Shown piece by piece: positions 1 to 12,200 of a DNA stretch of 64,000 nt (position 1 is the first letter of the stretch; each line of letters begins with the position of its first letter). The DNA comes from Ranitomeya imitator (Eukaryota): contig NC_091289.1 in assembly GCF_032444005.1 (NCBI RefSeq), positions 34,100,001-34,164,000 of the forward strand, written 5' to 3'. Both the position numbers and the translations under genes were made by a program. The notes below the pieces were generated by a model. It did not search any database. It saw only the letters and a program-made list of their open reading frames with translations, and had not been told where the DNA came from.

Positions 1-577
1 TTCTCATATATCGTGAGAAGCAAAACTGACACAAATCTTGGGCTCTTGTCCATCATACAACAATATATATTTGTCCATCATGCGGTCAGCTGACAGTTTT
101 GTCTGCCTGCATAGTCTGCTTGTACTTGAGATAATGGAGTGGCTAGATACTTGGAGAGATCAATTTCAGACTAGACTTGTCTGTCAGATGACTGTCTCAA
201 GACAGCTTTATTTAAGTGCTCTGTAATGACTGTGAGAAAAGGGCAATTTATAGGAGGTAATCATAAACTATTCAACTCTATGCTAGGCAAACAAATGTTT
301 TCTTTTTTTATAGACATCCAGTGATATTGTTTGCCTTTATAAAATACAGTGAAGCAAGTGAAGTGGTGTGACGAACAGAAGAGACAGCTTTGCTTACTAC
401 ATTACTATCACTGTTGTGTAGGTAAAATCCAATAATTTTGATTGCTTTGCAGCTGTTCACAGCATAGGACTTCAAGGCAGAAATGTTACATGCACTGTTA
501 AGATGCACTATATGAGCAAATCTTTTGGGACACATGTCATAACCATTAAATTCAGGTTTCTCATTCAGCTCCATTAC

Positions 578-835
578 CCTCGGCGTATAACATCCGGACT
601 CTCTCCACAGGTGTATAACCCTCCGGCCCCTCGCCCCAGGTGTATAACATCCCGACCCTCACCCAAGGTTTATAACATCCGGCCCCTTGCCCCAGGTGTA
701 TAATATCTGGACTTTCTCCCCAGGTGTATAACATCCGGACCCTTGCCCCAGGTGTATAACATCCCGACCCTCACCCAAGGTTTATGGCATCCGGCCCCTC
801 ACCCCAGGTGTGTAATATCTGGACCCTCATCCAAG
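578..835. repeat. ~29-bp tandem minisatellite, ~9 diverged copies
   Basis: Unit approx. CCCCAGGTGTATAACATCCGGACCCTTG; AGGTGTATAA recurs at 609 and 638 (29-bp spacing). Confidence 0.85.
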
Positions 836-3411
836 ATTCACTACACCTATAATTTTTTTTTATGTTACATGCTGGATTAATCAATTTCTTAACTTTTACA
901 AGTGAAGTGTCAGTCATTAGGTACATGTCCCGATAATACATGGACAAGTATGAGATACAAGTTAGAAGACAACACCTTCAACCTTTAGATGAACAAAGCT
1001 TCTAGGTCAGCTTCCCCTGGATCGGCAAATCTCCTCGGTATCGTATAGCGGCTGTGCTCTTCTTTTTCACTTTGTGTAAGCTTTGTGCAAAGATCTTTAC
1101 AAATTCATCATGGATGGTGGAATTGATCCAGACTGAACACTGTTTTCGTATCAAGTCATCATTTTCTTACTTGAATCCCAGGGAGCTATGAGATTTTTGA
1201 TGAAGTGCAACAATCTCACTAAAGGTTGCTGAAGGGTCACTGAGATGAAGATTACCAATTGATCAGTGTTAATGGACCATAGGAGCAATAAACTACAAGA
1301 TGTTATGCAAAGGTACAGAGTGATTCCTGGGCAAGAAGACACGTCCACCGTAGTCTAAGAAAAGTTTTAAGTGGGACCTTGTGCAACAGTGTCCCAATGA
1401 GCCCCTTTTGGCTTTCGATTTTGACTCATCACCTTCCAAGAACTATACATTTTTTATAGCTTTATGAGGGCATTTTATTAGCTGGATAGAAACAAACCCC
1501 CAAAATAATACTTCATTGTTTTTGGGATCTGTTTGTTATGAAGGCTACTCTATGGTAAAGGTGACTTATCATTACCGATCACTATGATGATTCTACATTT
1601 ATTTATGCATTACTTTTTGAAATAAAAAATAAATTAAAAAAATTAGTTTGTGTCACAATATGCCGGAGAGTCAATATGCTTCCTGCAGCAAAACCAAGCA
1701 ACAAAAATTAAAATTTTGTGTAAGTTTTGTTTTAAACCAAGCTTTGTCTGTTTTTCTCTAGTGATTTTGGGGTCTGGACCCATGTCTGAATACATATTTT
1801 TGGATCTGGACTAGGGTGTGCTTTATTTTAAAGACCAATGTTGGATCTGATTTCATTTTGAGGTCTGTTTTGGTGCCTGAATTCATTTTGGGGTTTGATC
1901 AGGGGTCTGATTTAATTTTAGGGCCTTGAGTTTTATGCTTTCTGAGATCCATTCTGTATTCTCTAGAAGATAAGTTTCATTTGTTTCCTAACCTCTTCTT
2001 TCATATGTATAAACATCGTTAGCCACTTTCATTATGGTGGTAAAGTATTTCTGGGTTTGGTGCAGCACTTCAGCAATGAGGGCATATAGGGCAGATGTAG
2101 GCATAATATTGAAGGTAGTAGAATATTGTCATTGTTAAAGGGGTCAGAAAGAAAATTGTTGGGTTGTATTATGATAAAGGGGGCGTGGAGGAGTAAGGAG
2201 CCAAAGTCAGAGGTATAACCCGAATCTGAAAGTTGCTAAATGTCTGCTGTGATGCTCCGAAGACAGCACAAGATAGGAGGGCACTGAGAAGGGCAATATT
2301 TACTTTTCTATCATTTGATGTTGATTTGAAGTGTAAAAAGATATTTTTATATTTCCCAAATATTTGTAGCATAATAGACAGCTTTAGACACTAAATTAAA
2401 ATATGAAATCTAAAACTGTGTATTTTCCTGTTCAATGTACCTCTATGTTATGTGCCCCTCCCTGCATTTGGCAACTTAATCTGTCAAATTCCCATTAAAT
2501 TTATCAGTGCCCGAATTAATATGTAAATGATGTAAAAAAGTAATTTAATTTGTTTAATAAGCTTTTCTTAAAAAAAAAAAAAAAGTTAGCTACTGAAAAA
2601 ATAATTGATAATAAAAAAAATAGAAATGTCAGCAAATAGCGGATGATAAACATATGTAAATTAATTTTTTTTTTTTTTTAAATGGTGAGAAAAACAGTTT
2701 TAAAACCTCATGTGAAACTGTCAGAAGATAAACCCTGACTTATAACACTAGTCCAAGTCTCCTACAAGATCATCAGGAAATAAGTCGCCTTCAGGCAGAG
2801 AGGAAAAGGATTTTTAAATTGTTTTAAAACAAAAAAAAGAAAATTATCAGACCGAATTCACACTAGGCGGTGGAGTAAAATTAAATGTTAATGGCTTGAG
2901 GGGGAAACAAAATGCACCTCTCATACAGATCACCAATCCATGGAAGTATGAGGACAACAGTCTGAGAAATAATAAATAATGGCAATAAAATACCCAAAAG
3001 GCTAGGTCATACAGAGAAATTAGGGGGCCCATTGCAAATAATAAAAAAGACCCCTTTCTAGTGCTGGTTAATATTTTTTCACCTCCAACTATATGGGACA
3101 TTTCTGTTTGTCTCGTCTCCTGTTCATAATCAGTGGGTTAGACAGGTTATACATTGTCAAAAATGGTAGTGGGCGGGCTCCGGCTCTCCAGTGGGTCACC
3201 TTGTCGTCCATAAGGGCCAGCAGTCTCCCCTTCGTGGTGCAGAGCTTGTGGGAGTGCTTGCTCAGTCCAGATATCGCATTCAAGGAGGTCCATCGTTGGG
3301 AGGCAGTGCGCTGCTGCTCCCATCGATTATGCTGTGCGGGGACCCCAAGACCTCGGGTCCCCTGGTATTAGCTGCCCTCAGCGGGCGTAGGATGCCATAC
3401 GTGCAGGGGCA

Positions 3412-4208
3412 TTTCAAAAACCTGACCTGCACATCCAAACATAGACTAAGTGTGAACAGGTGCTGAACCCAGAGTCGCCAACTCGTATATAGTTAAGTAA
3501 ATAAGGCAGCACACTGCAGCGCTAAAACATGTAAACTTGAAAACACGAAATTTGAACTGCATTACTGCACTAGAAATATGAAAAATGAGAGCGTTTAGCG
3601 CATAAAAATGGCCAATTTTATGTGTACCTGGTAGCCACTTTACGGCATCGCTCTTATAGCAGGTCCTACGCTTGCCCTACCTCACTGAGAATAAACGTCT
3701 CCATCTGAATGGGTGCATGTGAAACCTCTTCCTAGACTAAAATTCTCTCTCAAAAATTGGCCATTTTTATGCGCTAAAAGCTCTCATTTTTCATATTTCT
3801 AGTGCAGTAATGCAGTTCAAATTTCGTGTTTTCAAGTTTGCATGTTTTGGCGCTGCAGTGTGCTGCCCTTTTTACTTAACTATATACGAGTTGGCGACTC
3901 TGGGTTCAGCACCTGTTCACACTCAGTCTATGTTTGGATGTGCAGGTCAGGTTTTTGAAATGTATTCTCTAGCCTTCTGATCGTGCACTCCGCCTCCTAG
4001 CTTCAGGTGTTTTAATTACAGCAGGTCCAATACCCCTCCACAGAGAGAGAGAATTTTAGTCCCAGAAGAGGTTTCACATGCACCCATTCAGATGGAGACG
4101 TTTATTCTCAGCGAGGTAAGGCAAATGTAGGACCTGGTATAAGAGAGATGCCGTAAAGGGGCTACCAGGTACACATAAAATTGGCCATTTTTATGCGCTA
4201 AATGCTCT
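3412..4208. mobile_element. Insertion made of two inverted, circularly permuted copies of a ~420-bp repeat (Penelope pseudo-LTR-like arrangement)
   Basis: 3412-3617 is the reverse complement of 3752-3960, and ~3588-3750 of ~4043-4208. Direct repeat CATACGTGCAGGGGCA at 3396-3411 and 4209-4224 brackets it. The PLE assignment is inference from architecture only. Confidence 0.6.
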
Positions 4209-4976
4209 CATACGTGCAGGGGCAGTCATATGGTGGGAGGTTCCCTCCAGCCTTCTCTCTCCCCCTTCGATGTCTCTGTGGTCAGGGGGTGGAGATTTAC
4301 TCCAGCGTGGTCAGGTGACTCATGGGAGTCAAATTTAAGCCTGCCATTTCCTCCTTTTGTTGCTGATTATTCTCAGTTCCGGTGGGTGGTTAAGGTCAGT
4401 GCTGTGGTGCTTCTGAGGAGGTTCATGCTTTGGTGCCTGTGCTTGATTTATTATTGTTCACTGGCCTTCAAGGATGCGCGGCAGTGTGACAGCTAGCTCC
4501 AAGTGCTCTTGCAGACTTACATGAGGTCATTTCACTATCACCCAGCATAACATACATGATAAAATCCCTGTTGTCCCTGCTATAGATATAGCAGTGCTCA
4601 AGAGCTGTGTATCACCCAGTCCACACCCATAAATGGCAGATTCCTGAGTACATTGTCAGCAAACCACCAATCATTGTTGGGGGGCAAGGTTATAATCATT
4701 AGCTGGACTGCTGGGCACGTGAGACCTAGTCTGGCAATGATAATCTGTTGCTAGTAAAACACTGATTGCATTGAAACTATAACATTTAGCCTAAAAAGAG
4801 ACACATCGCTGGAATAAGGGTGTCTTGCTCTATTATATTACTCTCAAATTAAATAGGAAAAAACTGCTGATAGATTTCCTTTAATAGAGCTGAGCTGCAA
4901 CATCGGATACAACACAAGGGACAATATGGCGCTGCCGCTACTTTTGAAACATAAGCCTTTTTTTTCAAATCCTTAA

Positions 4977-5750
4977 CCCCTTACCGGCATCGGACGTACT
5001 ATACCGTCCGATGCCGGCTCCCCTGCTTTGATGCAGGGCTTCGCGGTGAGCCCGCACCAAAGCCGGGACATGTCAGCTGTTTTGAACAGCTGACATGTGC
5101 CCGTAATAGACGCGGGCAGAATCGCGATCTGCCCGCACCTATTAACTAGTTAAATGCCGCTGTCAAACGCAGACAGCGGCATTTAACTACCGCTTCCGGC
5201 AAGTAAAATGCAATAACGGGCGATCAAAAGAACGTATCTGCACAGAAATGCTATCATTAAAAACGTCATCTCGGCACGCAAAAAATAAGCCCTCAACCGA
5301 CCCCAGATGATGAAAAATGGAGACGCTACGAGTATCGGAAAATGGCGCAATTTTTTTTTTTTTTTTTTTTTAGCAATGTTTGGAATTTTTTTTCATCACT
5401 TAGATAAAAAATAACCTAGTCATGTTTGGTGTCTATGAACTCGTAATGACCTGGAGAATCATAATGGCAGGTCATTTTTAGCATTTAGTGAACCTAGCAA
5501 AAAAGCCAAACAAAAAACCAATGTGGGATTGCACTTTTTTTGCAATTTCACCGCACTTGGAATTTTTTTCCCGTTTTCTAGTACACGACATGCTAAAACC
5601 AAAGATGTCGTTCAAAAGTACAACTCGTCTCGCAAAAAATAAGCCCTCACATGGCCAAATTGACGGAAAAATAAAAAAGTTATGGCTCTGGGAAGGAGGG
5701 GAGCGAAAAACGAACACGGAAAAACGAAAAATCCCCCGTTCATGAAGGGG
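4977..5750. mobile_element. Non-autonomous piggyBac-like element (774 bp)
   Basis: TTAA at 4973-4976 and 5751-5754; termini CCCCTT...AAGGGG; no transposase ORF. Confidence 0.85.
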
Positions 5751-6329
5751 TTAAAAACCCCTTTACTTAACAGCAAGTTTGTTTGTCAACAGTGAAAGCC
5801 TTATGAAGATGTCCAATCTCGGCTGGGCTTCTTTTCTCCACTCTAGAGGCATTTTGCGGATACATGATCAACATCCAAGCTCACTTCGCAACATTTTCAA
5901 TGCCCAAAATTCGGAAACGTAAGCAGCACCTTGGGATGGTCAAGGAACAACCATCAAAATATCTCTGACAAAATTAGAAACTATGTTCTATGCTAGATAT
6001 GTTCTTGCAATGGGAACTCTGAAGGCCTGTGCACAATAGATGTAAAAGTATAACAGTCATAATATACATATAATGTAATTACATATATACATACATATAT
6101 GCCCACTTTAATATACTACATAAAAATAGATAAAAGAGAAAAAATTAAGACATTATTCCACTTGATCATCTGGGAAGGAGATGTGCAATCTGGAAAATTC
6201 CTTTACGGTTTTCGACCAATAAAATGTCAATAGTAAAGAAAGTTCTAATAGAAAAACAATCTGCAGAAGGTCCCATAAACAAAGAACTGGAGCAATTACC
6301 CTTTTCCGGTACACAGCAGCTTAGCTTAC

Positions 6330-6389
6330 CTGTAGATCAGCATCGAATTCATGCTTTAAATGAGCCTCCTCAGCTGCTTCGACCAGCCT
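6330..6389 (-). CDS. cacna2d3: Internal coding exon (60 nt, phase 0-0) of voltage-gated calcium channel subunit alpha-2/delta-3, probably exon 4
   Basis: Minus strand: tgtctccatttttag|AGG CTG GTC GAA GCA GCT GAG GAG GCT CAT TTA AAG CAT GAA TTC GAT GCT GAT CTA CAG|gtaagc = RLVEAAEEAHLKHEFDADLQ, recognised from CACNA2D3 (…RRLVEAAEEAHLKHEFDADLQYEYFNAVL…). Canonical splice sites. Exon number is from recall of the mammalian gene. Confidence 0.9.
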
Positions 6390-7090
6390 CTAAAAATGGA
6401 GACAAACACCAGAGTCAGTAAGGAGTTACAAAAGGCTTCAGACCATGCAATATAAGTCAATTGGGAGGAATGTATCAAAAATGGGGCAGTTGCCCATAGC
6501 AAATAATTAGATTTTATCTCTTATTTCAAGGGCTTTATGTTGACTTGGTCTTACAGGAAATGTACACTGACTTTTGTAGAACAAAGGAGACGCTGTTTGA
6601 CATAGAGATCGATAAACAGTATTATCGTCTTGTCATTCTCTGTTCATTATTCCACAGGAAAGAATTACCGTGAGTGCAAGCTGCTTCTCATCTCAAGACA
6701 ACAGATATTAGACATCAGACCTTCCTCGTGAGCAGCACTCACGCTAAAGTAATGCAGGGGCCCAGGAGAATAGTGGACGCTTCTCTTGACCACTTTCGAA
6801 ATAGCAACTAAGCAAAAGTAATGTGGAAATAGTAAATGTTGGTGTAACGCAAGAGTGGAAATTGCACTAAGACCAAGACCTTCAAGTGCTGCTATATACA
6901 GAGTTACAGTGTTCTTCCTTAAAAACAAATGTCAGCAGCTACTTCTTCCGATAGAACAGGAACATTTTTTTTGAAGAATATGGAGATACAGTAGAGTCAT
7001 ATTACAATTATGTAAGCCCTACAAACGACCCAGGGATTTTGGTCTTCTTTTCTGAAGTGCTACTCTTTATCAAATATCACAACCCTTCTC

Positions 7091-8151
7091 TGTTAGGACT
7101 GGCGGAACACACCAAGTATAAGGTGTAATGGTATTAGGTGCGTTCGCCGTCCGAGGTCCACCGTGCAGGTGAAAGACCCTGCTGCTAGTAAGACGGACTA
7201 TATGGCGGTACTAAGTATACACACATGGGTTAACTTCACCCTGCGTGAAGGAAGCGATCCTGTTGCGTCACAGGACCGCAGTACCGCACATAAAGCGCGA
7301 GCAAGAAGTCAGCGGACTCAACCCCTACACAGGATTGAAGTCCGATTAGACACTTGCTGGCACAACACCGCAACTGGGTGTGTCAGAGGAATATAAATAA
7401 TAATATAAAGGCACAAAAGTGCGTGCGGTGCCGCACTGACGGATGCCACTGACCACCCAGGCTTGGGTCAGGAAAGCGCACAGCAAGCGCACGGCGCCGT
7501 ACTGGCGGACACAGCAACTGGTAGCTGAAATGTGTGTTTCGTGCTGTTGGATAAGTCGGGCGCTAGATAGCAAACATACACCTTCCGCGAACAGACATTC
7601 AATAGGGAGGGTTATTTAAAGAGCGACTTTCACTCACAACACACACACATATTTACAAGACAATACTAGCGCATGGCCGTGCGGCCATGCGAGGCTTAAA
7701 TAGCTGCAGCATGTTTAGGACCTTCCAAAGAAGGACCAATGGAGTGCTGCAGCACCTGAGCATGTGACCCTGGATCTCCACTGAGAGATCTCGCCCTGGG
7801 CATGCTCAGAGTGCAAAGCAGGATTTAGTCCTAGCAGCTACAAGGACCTTAGCTGCAGTATCTGATCATGTGACCCTTGATCTCCACTGAGAGATCTTAC
7901 TCTGGGCATGCTCAGAATGTAAAAAGCAGGACTTAGCCCCAGAAACGTCCGCTCGCCGCTGCCCAGCACTGACTTCAATGGGAGAAGCAGGAAACGCAGC
8001 AGTAACTCTAAGCACAGAGTCAGACTGAGCGAGACGCTGGGATCGACGTCTCTGCTGAGCAAGCTCCACTGCGGCAGGAGAAGAATGGGAGACCGCAGTG
8101 GAGATGGCCCGAGATTCCCCCTGTGCAGAGGCAGGAACTCGACCCCTAACA
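7091..8151 (-). repeat. 3' LTR of the gypsy element
   Basis: TG...CA termini; 10 substitutions counted by eye versus 12322-13382, no net length difference. Confidence 0.95.
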
Positions 8152-9209
8152 TTACCCACCCTCCTAGGGCCCCCCCGTCCTTGGGCCACGCTACGTTCGA
8201 AGGCAGCAATGAGCTGCGGAGCCCGAATGTGCTCAGCAGGCTCCCAGGACCTGTCCTCAGGGCCATAACCCTTCCAATCCACCAAATAGAATTTTTTACC
8301 ACGTACCACCTTGTACCCCAAAATAGCGTTCACCTCGTAATCATCCGTAGACGAACCCGATGTCCCGGCAGATGACTCAGAAAACCGGGACATGTATACG
8401 GGCTTAAGGAGGGACACATGAAAGGTGTCGGTGATACCAAGGCGTGGAGGAAGGGCCAGACGGTAGACCACAGGATTAACCTGTTCGAGGACCTTGAAGG
8501 GACCCAAGTAGCGAGGTGCAAACTTAGTGGACTCTACATGCAGCCTGATGTTACGGGCGGAGAGCCACACTAAATCGCCAGGAGCAAAGGTCGGGGCAGG
8601 GCGCCGATGTGCATCGGCGGAGGACCTCATTCTCTCCTTTGAGGCCCGAATGGCATCCTGAGTGCGGTCCCAAATGTCCCGTGCCTCCACTGCCCAGTCT
8701 GCCACCCTGGAGTCAGCAGAGGACACGGGCATAGGCACAGGAACCCGCGGATGCTGGCCGTAATTAAGGAGGAAAGGAGTCTGACCGGTGGAGTCGGCTA
8801 CGGCATTGTTAAGTGCGAACTCTGCCCATGGTAATAAAGATGCCCAGTCATCCTGCCTGGCAGAAACAAAATGTCGTAGATATGTGACCAGAGTCTGATT
8901 GGCCCTCTCTACCAACCCATTCGTCTCGGGATGATATGCGGAAGAGAGATTTAACTCAATGCTGAGAAGACGACAAAGCTCTCTCCAGAACCGAGACGCA
9001 AACTGGGGACCCCGGTCACTGACAATTTTGTCTGGCATGCCGTGTAGGCGGAAGATGTGTCTTATGAACAACGCTGCCAAGGCCCGTGCAGAAGGTAACC
9101 GTGGGAGCGGCACCAAATGCACCATTTTCGAGAAATGATCGGTAATAACCCAAATGACGGTACAGCCGCGAGACTTGGGCATACCCACTACAAAGTCCAT
9201 CCCGACCAT
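7866..9209 (-). CDS. Integrase core + GPY/F + chromodomain (distal gag-pol, downstream of the premature stop); frame stays open into the 3' LTR
   Basis: MDFVV (D), VSDRGPQF (D), PETNGLVER (E), GPFKV, chromodomain YEVNAILGYKVVRGKKFYLVDWKGYGPEDRSWEP; same frame as 9213-12293. Confidence 0.9.
   Translation of the reverse strand: MVGMDFVVGMPKSRGCTVIWVITDHFSKMVHLVPLPRLPSARALAALFIRHIFRLHGMPDKIVSDRGPQFASRFWRELCRLLSIELNLSSAYHPETNGLVERANQTLVTYLRHFVSARQDDWASLLPWAEFALNNAVADSTGQTPFLLNYGQHPRVPVPMPVSSADSRVADWAVEARDIWDRTQDAIRASKERMRSSADAHRRPAPTFAPGDLVWLSARNIRLHVESTKFAPRYLGPFKVLEQVNPVVYRLALPPRLGITDTFHVSLLKPVYMSRFSESSAGTSGSSTDDYEVNAILGYKVVRGKKFYLVDWKGYGPEDRSWEPAEHIRAPQLIAAFERSVAQGRGGPRRVGNVRGRVPASAQGESRAISTAVSHSSPAAVELAQQRRRSQRLAQSDSVLRVTAAFPASPIEVSAGQRRADVSGAKSCFLHSEHAQSKISQWRSRVT
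8152..8164 (-). promoter_or_regulatory. Polypurine tract
   Basis: Minus strand GGAGGGTGGGTAA directly abuts the TG of the 3' LTR. Confidence 0.8.
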
Positions 9210-9212
9210 CTC

Positions 9213-12200
9213 TCAGGGCCTGTCTGCCACCGGCAAGGGATAGAGTAACCCAGACGGCCGTTGTCGAGGAGACTTATTTTTGGCGCATGAGACACATGCC
9301 AGAACGTAATCTCTGACATCTCGGAGCATATGCGGCCACCAGTACGTCCTCGCCAGCAGCTCAGATGTCCTTTTTGTCCCAAAGTGTCCCCCCACCCTGG
9401 AGGAATGAGCCCAAGAGAGAACCTCCGGTCGCAAATTTATGGGCACAAAAGTCTTGCCCGGAGGCACAGACTCAAGCGACACCGGAGCCACGGTTCTCAA
9501 GCTCTCAGATGGAACAATAAGCCGAGGCTCTCCTTCCTCCTCCTCAGATGACACAACAGAGCGAGAAAGGGCATCAGCTCGAATGTTCTTCTCCCCAGCG
9601 AGATAATGGAGGGTGAAGTGGAATCGGGAGAAGAATAAGGACCATCTGGCCTGGCGAGAATTTAGCTGCTGGGCTGTTTGCAAATATAGCAAATTTTTGT
9701 GGTCAGTGAAAACTTGAAAGGGAAAACAAGCCCCCTCCAAGAGATGTCTCCACTCTGAGAAAGCCAATTTCATCGCTAGCAACTCCCTGTCCCCAATGGA
9801 ATAATTCCTCTCCGCTGGTGTGAAGGTCTTGGAGAAGAAGAAGCATGGATGCTTCCGACCTTGAGCATCCTTTTGGAAGAGGACTGCTCCAGCACCAACG
9901 GAAGAGGCATCCACCTCCATTATAAACGGCTTATCGACATCGGGACGATGTAGGATGGGAGCGCTAGCAAAATGAGACTTAGTAGAAGAAAAGGCCCTGG
10001 ACACCTCTTCAGACCACACTTTGGGATTTGCTCCCTTCTTGGTGAGGGCTACCAAGGGAGCTACCAGAGTTGAGAAGTGGGGAATGAACTGGCGGTAATA
10101 ATTAATGAACCCCATAAAGCGCTGCACCGCCTTAAGAGAATGGGGCTCTTGCCAGTCCATCACAGCCTGTAGTTTGGCAGGATCCATAGCCAATCCCTGG
10201 GCGGAGATGATATAGCCCAGGAACGGTAAAGACTCCTGCTCAAACATACACTTCTCCAACTTTGCATAAAGAGAGTTTGCCCGTAGGAGGTCGAAGACTC
10301 TGCCAACATCTCTCCGGTGGGAGTCAATATCTGGAGAAAAGATGAGAATATCATCCAGATAGACTACAACCGAGGTGGAAAGCATATCCCGGAAGATGTC
10401 GTTGACAAAGTCTTGGAAAACGGCTGGGGCATTACAGAGCCCAAAGGGCATCACCAGATACTCATAGTGCCCATCTCTGGTGTTAAACGCCGTTTTCCAT
10501 TCGTCCCCCTCACGGATGCGAATCAGGTTGTAAGCACCCCGCAGATCTAGTTTGGTAAACACCCTTGCTCCCCGAAGCCTATCGAAAAGCTCAGATATCA
10601 AGGGCAAAGGATACTTGTTCTTAACGGTGATAGCGTTAAGACCCCTGTAGTCTATGCATGGACGTAGTTCCCCATTCTTCTTCTGCACGAAAAAGAACCC
10701 TGCCCCAGCAGGTGACACTGACTTCCTGATGAACCCTCTTGCCAGATTCTCTTGAATGTACTGAGACATTGCCTCCGTCTCTGGGAGAGATAATGGATAG
10801 ACTCTACCCAGGGGAGGCTCAGCACCAGGCAAGAGATCAATAGGACAGTCATAGGGGCGATGGGGCGGAAGGGTCTCCGCCGCCTTTTTGGAGAACACGT
10901 CTGCATACGACCAATATTGCTTGGGGAGAGAGGATAGATCTGCGGGTACCTCTGTAGTAGCAACCTGAACGCACTCTCGGTGACAACTACCCCCACATGA
11001 TTCACCCCATCCCAGAATTCTGCCTGAGGACCACTCGATGTGAGGAGAGTGGTACCGTAACCAAGGTATCCCCAAAAGGACCTCATCAATCCCCTCAGGA
11101 ATGATGAGCAGAGATATAATCTCCTGATGGGATGGTGACATGGACAGAGTAAAAGGGATGGTCTGATGTGTTATCCGTGCGGGCAGTGTCGACCCATTCA
11201 CCACTCGTACCGTTACTGGTTGAGGTAGCATAACCAGGGGTATTGCGTGACGTTGGGCGAAGGCAGAAGACATAAAATTGCCCTCCACCCCAGAATCCAC
11301 GCAGAGGTCTACCGAGTGGGAGGATGTGCCTAATGTTATTGTCCCCTTAAAGGATAATTTGGAGGCAAACGTCGCCGTGTCTAGTGCACCTCCACCTACT
11401 ACCACTAGACGCTGACGTTTCCTCGACCGCTGGAGACATCTGGTGGCAAGATGTCCTGACTGTTGGCAAACATGACAAACCTGGAGTGCACGAGCAGTCC
11501 GGGACTTAGATCCCGCTCGTGACACTACCATAGGCTCATGGGACTCAGGAGCCTGGACTGGAGATTCCAAAGGTTTGGCGAAGGTGGGAGCCAGCCGAAA
11601 CCTCTGCCTACACTGGGCTCGCTCTAACATCCGCTCGTGAAAACGGAGGTCAATACGAGTGGATACTGTTATTAATTCCTCCAGTGTGGCGGGAATCTCC
11701 CTAGTGGCCAGGGCGTCCTTAATGTGGTCAGCCAGCCCCCTCCAAAATATAGGAATAAGGGCCTTATCCGACCACTCCAGCTCAGATGCTAGCGTGCGGA
11801 AGTGGACGGCAAACTGGCTGACCAAGGATGAGCCCTGAGTCAATGCCAACAGTTGGAGCGCCGTATCATGGGTGACACGAGGTCCTAAAAAGACCTGTTT
11901 CAGAGTGCTCAGGAATAACGGAGCACTCTGCACCACATGATCGCCACGCTCCCACAGCGGCGTAGCCCACTGCAACGCCCTGTCCGACAATAAAGATACA
12001 ATAAAGCCCACCTTAGCCCGCTCTGTAGGGAAACGAGAGGCCAGAAGCTCGAGATGTATTGAGCACTGACTCACGAAACCCCTACAGGACTTACTGTCAC
12101 CAGAAAATTTCCCTGTTAGCGGGAGGTGAGATAGCGTCGGTACAGGGGCGGCAGTGGACAAGGTAGCTGCAGCCACACTTGCAGCCTGAACAGCGACAGC

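Noticed and set aside
503-2400. Tc1 terminal remnant (~503-570) and LINE/transposase-like fragments (~900-1400, ~2000-2400)
   Set aside because: Too degenerate to assign without a database search.
3155-4491. Solo LTR (TGTCA...TGACA) hosting the 3412-4208 insertion
   Set aside because: Flanks TACAT/GCTAG show no TSD, so the termini may be chance.
6658-6755. Plus-strand exon after TTCCACAG
   Set aside because: All three frames stop or give no recognisable peptide, and it is antisense to cacna2d3.
9210-9215. Programmed readthrough or APOBEC editing at the TGA
   Set aside because: The stop replaces an expected Trp inside integrase, not at a gag-pol boundary, and no cluster of G->A changes was seen.
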